Part shown: one piece after another, positions 39,906 to 49,170 of the stretch
How positions within the stretch are numbered: the stretch's first letter is position 1
Layout: every line of letters begins with the position of its first letter
Assembly: GCA_046730955.1 (NCBI GenBank)
Contig: JBKPKE010000038.1
Coordinates: forward strand, 1-50,203
Source: Pseudomonadota bacterium
GTDB taxonomy: Bacteria > Pseudomonadota > Alphaproteobacteria > Sphingomonadales > Sphingomonadaceae
Direction of reading: 5' to 3'
DNA: 50,203 bases
Translations under genes and position numbers: made by a program
The notes under the pieces: generated by a model
Told to the model about the DNA's origin: nothing
Seen by the model: only the letters and a program-made list of their open reading frames with translations
The model's database searches: none

Positions 39906-40841
39906 TCAGTCGAAGAGGCTCGACACGGAGCTTTCGTCCGCGATCCGTTTCACCGCCTCCGCGAGCAGCGGCGCAATGGTAAGGCGACGGATCTTGCCAC
40001 CCTCCGCGTCGGCCTCGCCGCTCCAGATCGAATCGGTGACCACCAATTCCTTGAGCTCGGAGGCGGCAACGCGGGCGGCCGCACCGCCCGAAAGGACGCC
40101 GTGGGTGCAATAGGCGAAGACTTCTTCCGCACCCTGTTGGCGCAGGGCCGCGGCCGCGTTGCAGAGCGTGCCCGCCGAATCGACGATGTCGTCGACGAGG
40201 ATGCAGGTGCGGCCGTCGACGTCGCCGATGATGTTCATCACCTCCGACTCGCCCGCGCGTTCACGGCGCTTGTCGACGATTGCGAGGGGAGCGTTGTCGA
40301 GCCGCTTCGCAAGGCCGCGAGCCCTGACGACGCCGCCGACGTCGGGCGAAACGATCATCAAATTCCTGTTCGACAACCGAGCCTTGATGTCGGCCGCGAT
40401 CACCGGCGCGGCGAAGAGATTGTCCGTCGGGATATCGAAGAAGCCCTGGATCTGCCCGGCGTGGAGGTCGATCGACAGGACGCGGTTGGCGCCGGCAGTC
40501 GTGATCAGGTTGGCGACCAGCTTGGCGGAGATGGGCGTGCGCGGTCCGGGCTTCCGGTCCTGCCGGGCATAGCCGAAGTAGGGGACGACGGCCGTGATCC
40601 TCTTGGCCGACGCGCGGCGAAGCGCGTCGATGCAGATCAAAAGCTCCATCAGATTGTCGTTGGCGGGATAGCTCGTCGTCTGAACGACGAACACGTCCTC
40701 GCCGCGGACGTTCTCGTTGATCTCGACGAAGATTTCCTCGTCGGCAAAGCGCCGCACGCTCGCTTCCGTGAGCGGAAGCTCGAGATAATCGGCGATGGCC
40801 TTGGCCAGCGGCGGGTTGCTGTTGCCCGCAAGCAGTTTCAT
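39906..40841 (-). CDS. prs: Ribose-phosphate pyrophosphokinase
   Basis: [30 protein letters not shown] and [10 protein letters not shown] motifs. Confidence 0.98.
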   Translation of the reverse strand: MKLLAGNSNPPLAKAIADYLELPLTEASVRRFADEEIFVEINENVRGEDVFVVQTTSYPANDNLMELLICIDALRRASAKRITAVVPYFGYARQDRKPGPRTPISAKLVANLITTAGANRVLSIDLHAGQIQGFFDIPTDNLFAAPVIAADIKARLSNRNLMIVSPDVGGVVRARGLAKRLDNAPLAIVDKRRERAGESEVMNIIGDVDGRTCILVDDIVDSAGTLCNAAAALRQQGAEEVFAYCTHGVLSGGAAARVAASELKELVVTDSIWSGEADAEGGKIRRLTIAPLLAEAVKRIADESSVSSLFD

Positions 40842-40946
40842 CTCGGCTCCCCAGATCCGTGTTTCCGCGAGCCTTAGACAGCGAGTCATCGATCCGTAAA
40901 GCTTGGCTTGGGTTGCCGGGGGCGGTTAAGGCGCTAAATCGCCCGC

Positions 40947-42623
40947 ATGACGGATCGCCTGATCATCGCTCTGGCCCAGATGAATCAGCGTGTGGGCGAT
41001 CTCGAAGGCAATGCCGCAGCGATCCTCGCTATGCGCGAACAGGCAGCGGGAGCGGACCTTCTTATGGTCCCGGAGCTGCAGCTGACGGGGTATCCGCCAG
41101 AAGACCTCGTGCTGAAGCCGGAGTTCGTCCGGCGCACGATGGAGGCTGCGGAACGGCTCATCGATGCAACCGCAACGCCTGGCCCGGCGCTGTTGTTCGG
41201 GTCGATCCACAATGAGGGTGGGCTCAACTACAACGTCATGATCCTCGCCGAAGGCGGAAGGATGCTGGCGCGGACTCTCAAGCGTGAACTCCCCAACTAC
41301 GGGACGTTCGACGAGAAGAGAGTCTTTGCGTCGGGTCCTCTCCCGGAGCCGATCGAATATCGCGGCGTGAAGATCGGCGTGCCGATTTGCGAGGACATCT
41401 GGCAGGAAGTGGTCTGCTCGCACCTGGCCGATGCGGGCGCGGAATTCCTGCTGGTGCCCAACGGCAGCCCCTACGAACTCGACAAGGACGACAAGCGCGC
41501 GCTTCTCGTACGCTCTAGAGTCACCATGACCGGCCTGCCGATGGCCTATCTCAATCGCGTAGGCGGCCAGGATGAGCTCGTGTTCGACGGTTCGTCCTTC
41601 ATCATGCATCCGGACGGCGAGAGGGTCGTGCAATTTCCGGACTGGGACGAGAAGCTGCTTCTGACCGAATGGCGGAAAGAGGCCGACGGGTGGCGCTGCG
41701 CGACCCGCGAGAGCCACGATCTCGATCCGTTCCCCGAGGATGCCTACCGCGCAATGATGGTGGGCCTCAGCGATTATGTTACGCGCAACGGCTTTCCCGG
41801 AGTGATCCTCGGCCTTTCCGGCGGGATCGACAGCGCCCTATCCGCCGCCATCGCAGTCGATGCGCTAGGACCCGAGAGGGTCTGGGGCGTGATGCTTCCG
41901 TCCAAGTATACGTCCGAGGAAAGCCTGGAGGACGCGCGTCAGTGCGCGGAGCTGCTGGGCTGCCGCCATGACGTCATTTCGATTGAGTCCGGCGTAGGCG
42001 CCCTTGACGAGGCGCTGGCCGATGCGTTCGCAGGGACGAAGCCGAGCATCGCCGAGGAGAATATCCAGGCGCGCTTGAGGATGGTCGCGCTGATGGCCCT
42101 GTCGAACAAGTTCGGGCCGATGCTCCTCACCACGGGCAACAAGAGCGAGATGAGCGTGGGTTATGCGACCCTCTATGGGGACATGTCCGGCGGCTACAAT
42201 GTGTTGAAGGACGCTTACAAGACGACGGTGTTTGCGCTTTCGCGATGGCGTAACCGAAGCAAACCGGAAGGCGCTCTCGGACCAGACGGGCCGGTCATGC
42301 CGCAGCGCGTGATTACCAAGCCGCCATCCGCAGAATTGCGACCCGATCAGAAAGATGAAGACAGCCTCCCACCCTACTCCGATCTCGATCGCATTCTTGA
42401 AGCGCTGATCGACAAGGAAATGTCGGTGCGGGAGACCGCCAATGCCACTGGCGAGCCGATCGAGCTCGTCGCGAAGATGGAGCAGCTGCTGCTCAAGGCC
42501 GAATACAAACGCCGGCAGGCGCCGCCTGGAGTGAAGATCGGCGTTCGGAACTTCGGCCGCGACCGGCGTTACCCGATCAGCAACTTCTTCCACACGGGAC
42601 CCGAGGTGAAAACGCCACGATGA
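40947..42623 (+). CDS. nadE: Glutamine-dependent NAD+ synthetase
   Basis: CN-hydrolase domain (PEL, K, ICEDIW) plus GLSGGIDS, ENIQAR and TTGNKSE. Confidence 0.96.
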   Translation: MTDRLIIALAQMNQRVGDLEGNAAAILAMREQAAGADLLMVPELQLTGYPPEDLVLKPEFVRRTMEAAERLIDATATPGPALLFGSIHNEGGLNYNVMILAEGGRMLARTLKRELPNYGTFDEKRVFASGPLPEPIEYRGVKIGVPICEDIWQEVVCSHLADAGAEFLLVPNGSPYELDKDDKRALLVRSRVTMTGLPMAYLNRVGGQDELVFDGSSFIMHPDGERVVQFPDWDEKLLLTEWRKEADGWRCATRESHDLDPFPEDAYRAMMVGLSDYVTRNGFPGVILGLSGGIDSALSAAIAVDALGPERVWGVMLPSKYTSEESLEDARQCAELLGCRHDVISIESGVGALDEALADAFAGTKPSIAEENIQARLRMVALMALSNKFGPMLLTTGNKSEMSVGYATLYGDMSGGYNVLKDAYKTTVFALSRWRNRSKPEGALGPDGPVMPQRVITKPPSAELRPDQKDEDSLPPYSDLDRILEALIDKEMSVRETANATGEPIELVAKMEQLLLKAEYKRRQAPPGVKIGVRNFGRDRRYPISNFFHTGPEVKTPR

Positions 42624-43066
42624 AGCAAATCTTTTTAGCCGTGCTCGCTTTGTCGATCGCTGCATGCTCCAAGCCGGCGGAGCAGAGCCCTGCCGCAAAC
42701 CATGCTGAAGCAGTTTCGGCCAATGAGACCGCCCAGACACCAGTGCCGTCGCTGGAAGGCATGTGGTCGATCGATCAGCTCAACGGCAATAAGCCCGACC
42801 AGATCTGGCCGATGTCGGCGGAGGTCACCAAGGACAAGTTTACGATCGTCTCCGAATGCCGGCGCATGAGCTGGTCGATGAAGCAGAACCGCAACCTCCT
42901 TCAGTTCACGCCGATCCCTAGCGGCGAATGCGGCCGAGTCCGGTCCCCGGCGGAAATTGTCGCGGACAAGACGATCAAGCTCGGCACCATGGCCGTATTT
43001 TCAGATGAAGGGCGGACCGCCCAGATCAGCGGAGCCGGCGGCACCCTGACTATGACGCGCAAATAA
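42620..43066 (+). CDS. Hypothetical lipoprotein (META/HslJ-like)
   Basis: Lipobox IAAC; LEGMWSIDQLNG; conserved-looking Cys pair; ATGA-coupled to nadE. Confidence 0.6.
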   Translation: MKQIFLAVLALSIAACSKPAEQSPAANHAEAVSANETAQTPVPSLEGMWSIDQLNGNKPDQIWPMSAEVTKDKFTIVSECRRMSWSMKQNRNLLQFTPIPSGECGRVRSPAEIVADKTIKLGTMAVFSDEGRTAQISGAGGTLTMTRK

Positions 43067-43084
43067 AGATATGCCGCGTCCTTC

Positions 43085-44401
43085 ATGAGCGTCGTCACCC
43101 GTTTCGCGCCGTCGCCGACCGGCCGGCTCCACGTCGGGAATATCCGGACGGCACTGCACAATTATCTTTTCGCCCGGAAAAACGATGGGCGTTTCCTCCT
43201 GCGCATTGACGACACGGATCGGGAGCGAAGCCGAGAGGAGTTCGTGGATGCGATCCGTGACGATCTTTCCTGGCTCCGTCTCAAGTGGGATTCGGAGGTC
43301 CGGCAGTCGGAGCGGTTCGATCTCTACGAGCGTGAGTTCGCGCGGCTCAAGGAGGCCGGTCGAGTCTATGCCTGCTACGAGACTCCGGACGAGCTTGACC
43401 TGCGCCGCAAGATCTTGCTCGGCCGGGGCTTGCCGCCGGTCTACGAGCGCAAGCCGGCAGATGCGCCGGTGCCGGATGGCAGGCGGCCGCATTGGCGTTT
43501 CCGACTCGATCATGAGGCGCCGATCGAGTGGGCCGACCTGATCCGTGGGCCTCAGCGCTTCGATCCGAAGCTGCTCAGCGATCCAGTCGTCCGGCGCGAG
43601 GATGGCAGCTGGCTATATCTTCTGCCGAGCGTGATCGACGACGTGGATCTCGGCGTCACGCACATCGTGCGCGGCGAAGACCACGTCACCAACAGCGCAG
43701 CGCAGATTCAGATGTTCGAGGCCCTTGGAGCGCCCCCACCTCATTTCGCGCACGAGGCGCTTCTCGTGGCTGCGGAAGGCAAATTGTCGAAGCGGCTCGG
43801 TTCCTACGGTGCTGAGCATCTTCGGGAAGAAGGCGTCGAGCCCCTTGCCATGCTCGACGTGCTGGCGCGGATCGGAACCTCGCTGCCTGTAGAACCGGCG
43901 ACGCTCGACGAGCTCGCGTCGAGCTTTGACTTCGCGCATTTCGGGCGGGCGCCTGCTCATTTCGATCCGCACGATGTCGAGCTGCTCAACGCGCGTCTGC
44001 TTCATAAGCTTGACCATGCGGCGGTGAAGGACCGCCTGCCTGCAGAGGCGGGGGAAGAAGACTGGCTTTTATTGCGGCCGAACCTCGAGCGACTGGGGGA
44101 CTTCGCGGCGTGGTTCGACGTTCTGAACGGCGAGGTCGAGGTGCCGGAACTGGCGCATGACGAACGCATGCTCGTGCGGGACGGAGCCGCGATCGCGGAG
44201 GGTCTCGACTGGTCGAATGATCCATGGAAGGCGCTGACGAGCGAGTTGAAGGCAACTTCGGGCAAGAAAGGGCGGGAGCTCTTCCATCCTCTTCGGCTCG
44301 CGTTCACCGGCCGAGATAGTGGGCCCGAGATGGCTGGACTGGTTGCCCGGATGGGCAAGGATCGTGCGGTTTCCCGCCTGAAAGCAGCCGCCAAGCGCTG
44401 A
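43085..44401 (+). CDS. gltX: Glutamate--tRNA ligase
   Basis: TRFAPSPTGRLHVGN, LRIDDTD, RGEDH, KLSKR and PLRLAFTG motifs. Confidence 0.95.
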   Translation: MSVVTRFAPSPTGRLHVGNIRTALHNYLFARKNDGRFLLRIDDTDRERSREEFVDAIRDDLSWLRLKWDSEVRQSERFDLYEREFARLKEAGRVYACYETPDELDLRRKILLGRGLPPVYERKPADAPVPDGRRPHWRFRLDHEAPIEWADLIRGPQRFDPKLLSDPVVRREDGSWLYLLPSVIDDVDLGVTHIVRGEDHVTNSAAQIQMFEALGAPPPHFAHEALLVAAEGKLSKRLGSYGAEHLREEGVEPLAMLDVLARIGTSLPVEPATLDELASSFDFAHFGRAPAHFDPHDVELLNARLLHKLDHAAVKDRLPAEAGEEDWLLLRPNLERLGDFAAWFDVLNGEVEVPELAHDERMLVRDGAAIAEGLDWSNDPWKALTSELKATSGKKGRELFHPLRLAFTGRDSGPEMAGLVARMGKDRAVSRLKAAAKR

Positions 44402-44419
44402 GCACAGGCGGCGCGCTGG

Positions 44420-44461
44420 AAAAGAAAGGGCGCGGAAAGCGGCTGCCGGGCCCGCGCCCTT
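44420..44461 (-). terminator. Rho-independent terminator of the small lipoprotein gene (possibly bidirectional with gltX)
   Basis: AAGGGCGCGG...CCGCGCCCTT stem followed on the minus strand by TCTTTT. Confidence 0.65.
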
Positions 44462-44478
44462 CGGGGTAAAGGAGACGC

Positions 44479-44733
44479 TTACTGAGCGTTCGTGCTCGCG
44501 TTGTCGGCGGCGCTCGCGTCGACGGCATTGGCGTCCGTCACAACGTTCGAGTCGACCGCGTTCGAGTCGACTACGTTCGCGTCAACCGTGTTCAAATCAG
44601 TTGCATTGAGGTCGAGATTCTCGGTCTCGAGCGCGATATTGTCGGCAGCCACGTTATTCTCGGCCGCATTGCCCCCGCAAGCTGCCAGCGCTGCCGCGGC
44701 GACTGCTACGCCGACGATCCCAAATGATTTCAT
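44479..44733 (-). CDS. Small acidic Asn/Asp-rich lipoprotein
   Basis: Lipobox LAAC; GGAGG RBS; mature part has no Lys/Arg and carries NxVD[AS] repeats. Confidence 0.8.
   Translation of the reverse strand: MKSFGIVGVAVAAAALAACGGNAAENNVAADNIALETENLDLNATDLNTVDANVVDSNAVDSNVVTDANAVDASAADNASTNAQ
44545..44593. repeat. Imperfect 15-bp tandem repeat (about 3.3 copies) encoding NxVD[AS]
   Basis: GTTCGAGTCGACCGC / GTTCGAGTCGACTAC / GTTCGCGTCAACCGT / GTTC. Confidence 0.75.
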
Positions 44734-44790
44734 TGTTTTCCTCCGCTCGCTTTTTTCTGATTTCCCCGTCTTCGATCTCTACCTCGGATC

Positions 44791-44906
44791 GGCCCCGGCA
44801 TTGCTGCCGGGGCCCTAGGGAGTTGCCGGGCCAAGGTCGGCCAGTTGAGAATAATCTTCTCAAACGGACACGTGCTCTCGAAACCGGACAGCAGACCTAC
44901 TCCCAT
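44791..44906 (-). ncRNA. Candidate structured leader RNA or sRNA
   Basis: Nested pairings GGGAGT/ACTCCC and AGGTC/GACCT, an internal TTGAGAA/TTCTCAA hairpin, and a 10-bp GGCCCCGGCA-GCAA-TGCCGGGGCC hairpin. Confidence 0.45.
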
Positions 44907-44992
44907 CGACGCTGCGCAAGTGTCGCATATGAAAAAGCGTCATTGTTGTTTGCGATCTTCTCTATCGAGCAAGTTTCTTCTAAAATCGGGGC

Positions 44993-45463
44993 ATGCGACA
45001 GCTGGATCGTACCGATCGCAGAATCCTTGGGATCCTCCAGGAAGATGCTTCACTGCCCGTTGCGGAGGTCGCGGCGCGCGTCGGTCTTTCGCAAACTCCC
45101 TGCTGGCGACGTATCCAGAGGCTACGATCAGACGGTGTGATCGAGCGCACGGTTTCCCTGGTAAGGCCCGAGGCGATTGGACTCGGCCTTACCGTTTTCA
45201 TCGGCGTTGAGGCGCGGGATCATTCGCCGGAGTGGCTGGACAATTTCACCAGGGTCGTTGCCGGGATGGCGGAGGTGCTCGACGTGTACCGGATGGCCGG
45301 CGACGTGGACTATATGTTACGCGTTGCCGTAGCGGACATGACCGCCTTCGACACCTTCTACCGGGAACTGATTGCTGCAGTCCCGCTCAAGAACGTATCG
45401 TCGCACTTCGCCATGGAGAGGGTGAAAAGTACGACCGCTTATCCTGTGGAGCCCACCGCCTAG
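44993..45463 (+). CDS. Lrp/AsnC family transcriptional regulator
   Basis: LDRTDRRILGILQEDA, VGLSQTPCWRRIQRL and YRMAGDVDYML motifs. Confidence 0.93.
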   Translation: MRQLDRTDRRILGILQEDASLPVAEVAARVGLSQTPCWRRIQRLRSDGVIERTVSLVRPEAIGLGLTVFIGVEARDHSPEWLDNFTRVVAGMAEVLDVYRMAGDVDYMLRVAVADMTAFDTFYRELIAAVPLKNVSSHFAMERVKSTTAYPVEPTA

Positions 45464-45496
45464 CGCTGGCACGGCCCAGTCCCTACATTTGCGGCA

Positions 45497-45817
45497 ATGG
45501 GATGGTTTCCTAAACCGGTCGGCCCGCGTGCAGCCTTCAATGACTTGCGGGCCTTCATGCGCCAGCGCAGCCGCGAACAGGTGATCGCGGCCATACTCTC
45601 GATTCTGGTGACACTCATCATCATCATCGAATTCGTCGTCGATTCGAAGATCAACACGGCGCCTCCGCCCCAAGTCGTCTACGCGCAAAGCTGGTCGGCG
45701 GACCGGACCGACGCCGAGATCATCGCCGATCAGAAGAAGGACCAGGCAAAGCGCGACGCGGCCGCAAGGGAGAAGCAGCGGCAATTCCAGAAGCTGGAAA
45801 AGCAGCTCGGAATGTGA
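45497..45817 (+). CDS. Hypothetical single-pass membrane protein with a coiled-coil tail
   Basis: One TM helix and a charged C-terminal helix; GTGA overlap with ribD. Confidence 0.7.
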   Translation: MGWFPKPVGPRAAFNDLRAFMRQRSREQVIAAILSILVTLIIIIEFVVDSKINTAPPPQVVYAQSWSADRTDAEIIADQKKDQAKRDAAAREKQRQFQKLEKQLGM

Positions 45818-46791
45818 GCGCGGACTCGCGTCTCATGGCTGAAGCGGTGCGCCTCGGCGAGGCCGCACGCGGGCGGAGTGCACCCAATCCCAATGTCGGC
45901 TGCGTGATTGTCTCGTCGGGAGGACAGGTCGTCGGCCGAGGATCTACAGCGGCGGGCGGGCGACCGCATGCCGAGGCGCTGGCTCTAGAAGAGGCCGGGG
46001 GGAAAGCGGCCGGGTCGACTGTCTATGTAACGCTCGAGCCTTGCGCCCACGACAGTCCGCGAGGTCCCGCGTGCTCAGACCTGCTTGCGAATGCGAAGCC
46101 GTCGAGGGTCGTTATCGGCCTGAAGGATCCCGACGCGCGCACGGCGGGAGAGGGTATCAGCAGGCTGCGGGATGCAGGGATCGAAGTGAAGCTGGGGGTT
46201 GGCCGAAGACAGGCCGTGGATTCGCTTTCGGGCTGGCTGACGCGATTGTCGCTGGGCCGTCCAAGAATCACTCTCAAGCTGGCGCTCTCGATCGACGGCA
46301 AGATCGCCCTCCCGTCGGGCGAGAGCAAATGGATTACCGGAGAGGACGCACGCAAGCACGTCCACCTCGAGCGCGCTCACTCGGACATGATTCTCGTGGG
46401 GCGCGGTACCTATCAGGCCGATGCGCCGAAGCTGGATGTCCGGCTTCCGGGGCTGGAGGAATGGTCGCCTCGGCGGGCCCTGCTCACTCGAGGTGAGGCG
46501 GTCGACGGCTGGGAAATGCTTAGAAATCCGGAAGATGTGTACCGACTTCATGACGTCAACGACCTGTTGGTCGAAGGCGGATCGGCAACGGCGACCGCGT
46601 TCCTGACGGCGGATCTTGTCGACCGGATCCTGATCTATCGCGCGCCGATCATCGTCGGCGAGGGCAAGTCATCGTTCGGCTATGTGGGGCTGGACGCGAT
46701 CGCTGATGCCCATGATCTTTGGACCCCCAGGGACGGCCGGCGGCTCGGGGTCGATCGGCTCGAAGTTTACGAGCGGGTCCGCGCGGCTTAA
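45814..46791 (+). CDS. ribD: Bifunctional riboflavin deaminase/reductase RibD
   Basis: PNPNVGC, HAE, VTLEPC...C, SIDGKIA, SKWITG and LVEGG motifs. Confidence 0.96.
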   Translation: MSADSRLMAEAVRLGEAARGRSAPNPNVGCVIVSSGGQVVGRGSTAAGGRPHAEALALEEAGGKAAGSTVYVTLEPCAHDSPRGPACSDLLANAKPSRVVIGLKDPDARTAGEGISRLRDAGIEVKLGVGRRQAVDSLSGWLTRLSLGRPRITLKLALSIDGKIALPSGESKWITGEDARKHVHLERAHSDMILVGRGTYQADAPKLDVRLPGLEEWSPRRALLTRGEAVDGWEMLRNPEDVYRLHDVNDLLVEGGSATATAFLTADLVDRILIYRAPIIVGEGKSSFGYVGLDAIADAHDLWTPRDGRRLGVDRLEVYERVRAA

Positions 46792-46800
46792 GCGGCGGCC

Positions 46801-47406
46801 ATGTTCACAGGCATCGTCACCGATATCGGCACCGTCATCAGCGCTGAGCAACGCGGGGACCTGCGCTTGCATATCCGAACCGGCTACGACCTGGCCAGCG
46901 TCGACCTCGGCGCATCCATTTCCTGCTCGGGCGTGTGCCTGACGGTCGTGGACAAGGGCCAGGATTGGTTCGCCGTCGATGTCTCTGCCGAAACGGTCTC
47001 GCGGACTGCTGGGGGCATGTGGCGCGAAGGCGCGCGGCTCAATCTGGAGAGACCGCTAAGGATGGGTGACGAGCTTGGCGGCCATATCGTCACCGGGCAT
47101 GTCGACAGTGTCGGTGAAGTGATCGGTACGTGCCCTGAGGGTGACTCCACGCGCATCGGCATACGCGTCGGGCGCGAGCTGGCGCCTGCGATCGCACAGA
47201 AGGGCTCTATCTCGCTCGACGGCGTCTCCCTTACGGTCAATGACGTGCGGGATGCCGAGGACGGGACTCATTTCTCGGTGAACATCATTCCGCACACGGC
47301 GCAGCAGACCACGCTGGGCGATCTGGCTCAAGGCAGACAGCTCAATGTCGAGATCGACGTCATCGCGCGATATCTCGACCGAATGATTGCCGCCCGCGCA
47401 CAGTAG
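46801..47406 (+). CDS. ribE: Riboflavin synthase (alpha chain)
   Basis: MFTGIV, GVCLTV, GGHIVTGHVD, DGVSLTV and NVEID motifs. Confidence 0.97.
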   Translation: MFTGIVTDIGTVISAEQRGDLRLHIRTGYDLASVDLGASISCSGVCLTVVDKGQDWFAVDVSAETVSRTAGGMWREGARLNLERPLRMGDELGGHIVTGHVDSVGEVIGTCPEGDSTRIGIRVGRELAPAIAQKGSISLDGVSLTVNDVRDAEDGTHFSVNIIPHTAQQTTLGDLAQGRQLNVEIDVIARYLDRMIAARAQ

Positions 47407-47429
47407 AAACACATCTGTTTCCTCTTTCC

Positions 47430-47447
47430 ATCACATTCTAATGTGAT
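47430..47447. promoter_or_regulatory. Perfect palindromic operator candidate in the ribBX promoter
   Basis: ATCACATT-CT-AATGTGAT, lying between TTTCCA and TATAGC promoter-like hexamers and ending 12 bp before the ATG. Confidence 0.65.
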
Positions 47448-47459
47448 ATAGCGCGTTCC

Positions 47460-48743
47460 ATGAGCACAACTCTCATTGAACGGCTGAATGCCATTATCGA
47501 AACCGGCGAGGTCAGCCGGGCCGCACTGGCCCGCGCTGCCGGCCTCCACCCCAACTCGCTGCGCAAGCTTGGCTCCACGGAGTGGAATCCGACGGCGGAT
47601 ACGCTCGTACGACTGGAAAAGCTGATCCAGCGCGGAAACACGGAGGTGCTTGTCGGGACCGAAGCCATCATCGACGAAGCGCGCAACGGCCGGATGTTCA
47701 TCCTCGTCGACGATGACGACAGGGAAAACGAGGGCGACCTGGTTATTCCGGCACAGATGGCGACGCCCGAGGCGATCAACTTCATGGCTCGGCACGGGCG
47801 CGGGCTGATTTGCCTCGCTTTGACCAAGGACCGCTCGGACACGCTTGGCCTTAAGCCGATGGTCAACAACAACCGCAGCCGCAATGAGACGGCCTTTACG
47901 GTTTCGATCGAGGCGAAAGAGGGCATTTCGACCGGGATCAGCGCGGCCGATCGTGCGCGGACCGTGGCCGTTGCCATCGACGCATCGCATGGACCGGACG
48001 AGCTGGTGTCGCCAGGCCACGTCTTTCCTCTCGTTGCAAAGCCGGGCGGGGTGCTCGTGAGGGCCGGTCACACAGAGGCGGGCGTCGACATCTCGCGGCT
48101 CGCGGGTCTCAATCCAAGCGCGGTCATCTGCGAGATCATGCGCGACGACGGCACCATGGCCCGCCTCGACGATCTTATGGACTTTGCTCGCGCCCACGGC
48201 CTCAAGATCGGCACGATCCGCGACCTGATCGCCTATCGGCTGAAGAAGGACCACATGGTCCAGCGCGCGGCCACAACCTCCTTCAAGTCCAGCACGGGTG
48301 CGGAGTGGCAGGCGCAGGTCTTTCGCGACAAAGCGACCGGCGAGGAACAGCTCGCTTTGGTTCATGGAGCACTGGACACGACCAGGCCAGTGCTTGTTCG
48401 GATGCACAGCCTGGATCTCTTCGCCGACGTGCTTGGCGAGGCTTCGCCGAGGTCAGGGCAGCTTCAGGGCGCAATGCGGATGATTGAGAAAGACGGAAGT
48501 GGGGTGGTTGTGGCGCTCCATGCGGCGGCGGCTGGATCGCTGTCCCGCTCGGCCGATCTGCGCTCCGGGAAGGAGCCGGCAGGCGGTCCGGAGCTTCGGA
48601 ACTACGGGATTGGAGCGCAGATCCTCGGCGCGCTCGGAGTGCACGAGATGATCTTGCTGACGAATACCCACCATTCGCCCGTGGGTTTGTCCGGCTACGG
48701 CCTCGAGATCGTCGAGGAACGTCCCATCAAATCGGCGGCATGA
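47460..48743 (+). CDS. ribB: HTH-fused 3,4-dihydroxy-2-butanone-4-phosphate synthase with a degenerate GTP cyclohydrolase II domain (HTH-RibBX)
   Basis: N-terminal XRE-like HTH; intact DHBPS motifs ([32 protein letters not shown]); C-terminal RibA-like domain lacking the Zn-binding cysteines. Confidence 0.93.
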   Translation: MSTTLIERLNAIIETGEVSRAALARAAGLHPNSLRKLGSTEWNPTADTLVRLEKLIQRGNTEVLVGTEAIIDEARNGRMFILVDDDDRENEGDLVIPAQMATPEAINFMARHGRGLICLALTKDRSDTLGLKPMVNNNRSRNETAFTVSIEAKEGISTGISAADRARTVAVAIDASHGPDELVSPGHVFPLVAKPGGVLVRAGHTEAGVDISRLAGLNPSAVICEIMRDDGTMARLDDLMDFARAHGLKIGTIRDLIAYRLKKDHMVQRAATTSFKSSTGAEWQAQVFRDKATGEEQLALVHGALDTTRPVLVRMHSLDLFADVLGEASPRSGQLQGAMRMIEKDGSGVVVALHAAAAGSLSRSADLRSGKEPAGGPELRNYGIGAQILGALGVHEMILLTNTHHSPVGLSGYGLEIVEERPIKSAA

Positions 48744-48747
48744 CGTC

Positions 48748-49170
48748 ATGTCGACGATTCTCATTGTAGAGGCGCGCTTCTATCCGCATCTCAACGACAT
48801 GCTGCTCGAGGGTGCTCGAAACGCGATTGAGGCTGCGGGTCACAAGCATGAGACGATCACGGTTCCGGGCGCGCTCGAGCTTCCGGCGGCGATTTCCCTC
48901 GCTGCCAGGAGCGGGCGCTTTTGTGCTTTCGTCGCTCTTGGCATCGTCATCCGCGGCGAGACTTATCACTTCGAGATCGTCTCCGAGGAGAGTGCCCGCG
49001 CACTGATGGATCTGACCCTCGATGGTTTCGCCATCGGGAACGGCGTCCTGACCGTCGAGAATGTGGACCAGGCGATCGCTCGCGCGGATCCCCGCCAGGG
49101 CGACAAGGGCGGACACGCCGCGCGCGCCGCCCTCTCGCTGTTCGAGCTTCGGGAAAAGTACGGTGCCTAG
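48748..49170 (+). CDS. ribH: 6,7-dimethyl-8-ribityllumazine synthase
   Basis: [30 protein letters not shown] and KG motifs. Confidence 0.96.
   Translation: MSTILIVEARFYPHLNDMLLEGARNAIEAAGHKHETITVPGALELPAAISLAARSGRFCAFVALGIVIRGETYHFEIVSEESARALMDLTLDGFAIGNGVLTVENVDQAIARADPRQGDKGGHAARAALSLFELREKYGA

Noticed and set aside
44545-44593. Short tandem repeats as a CRISPR array
   Set aside because: 15-bp in-frame coding repeats with no spacers and no cas genes.
44845-44863. TTGAGAA-N5-TTCTCAA as a Fur box
   Set aside because: Spacing does not fit the 7-1-7 Fur geometry; better explained as an RNA hairpin within the structured leader.
45464-45813. FMN riboswitch upstream of the rib genes
   Set aside because: No RFN consensus, and the intergenic spaces (33 and 53 bp) are too short.
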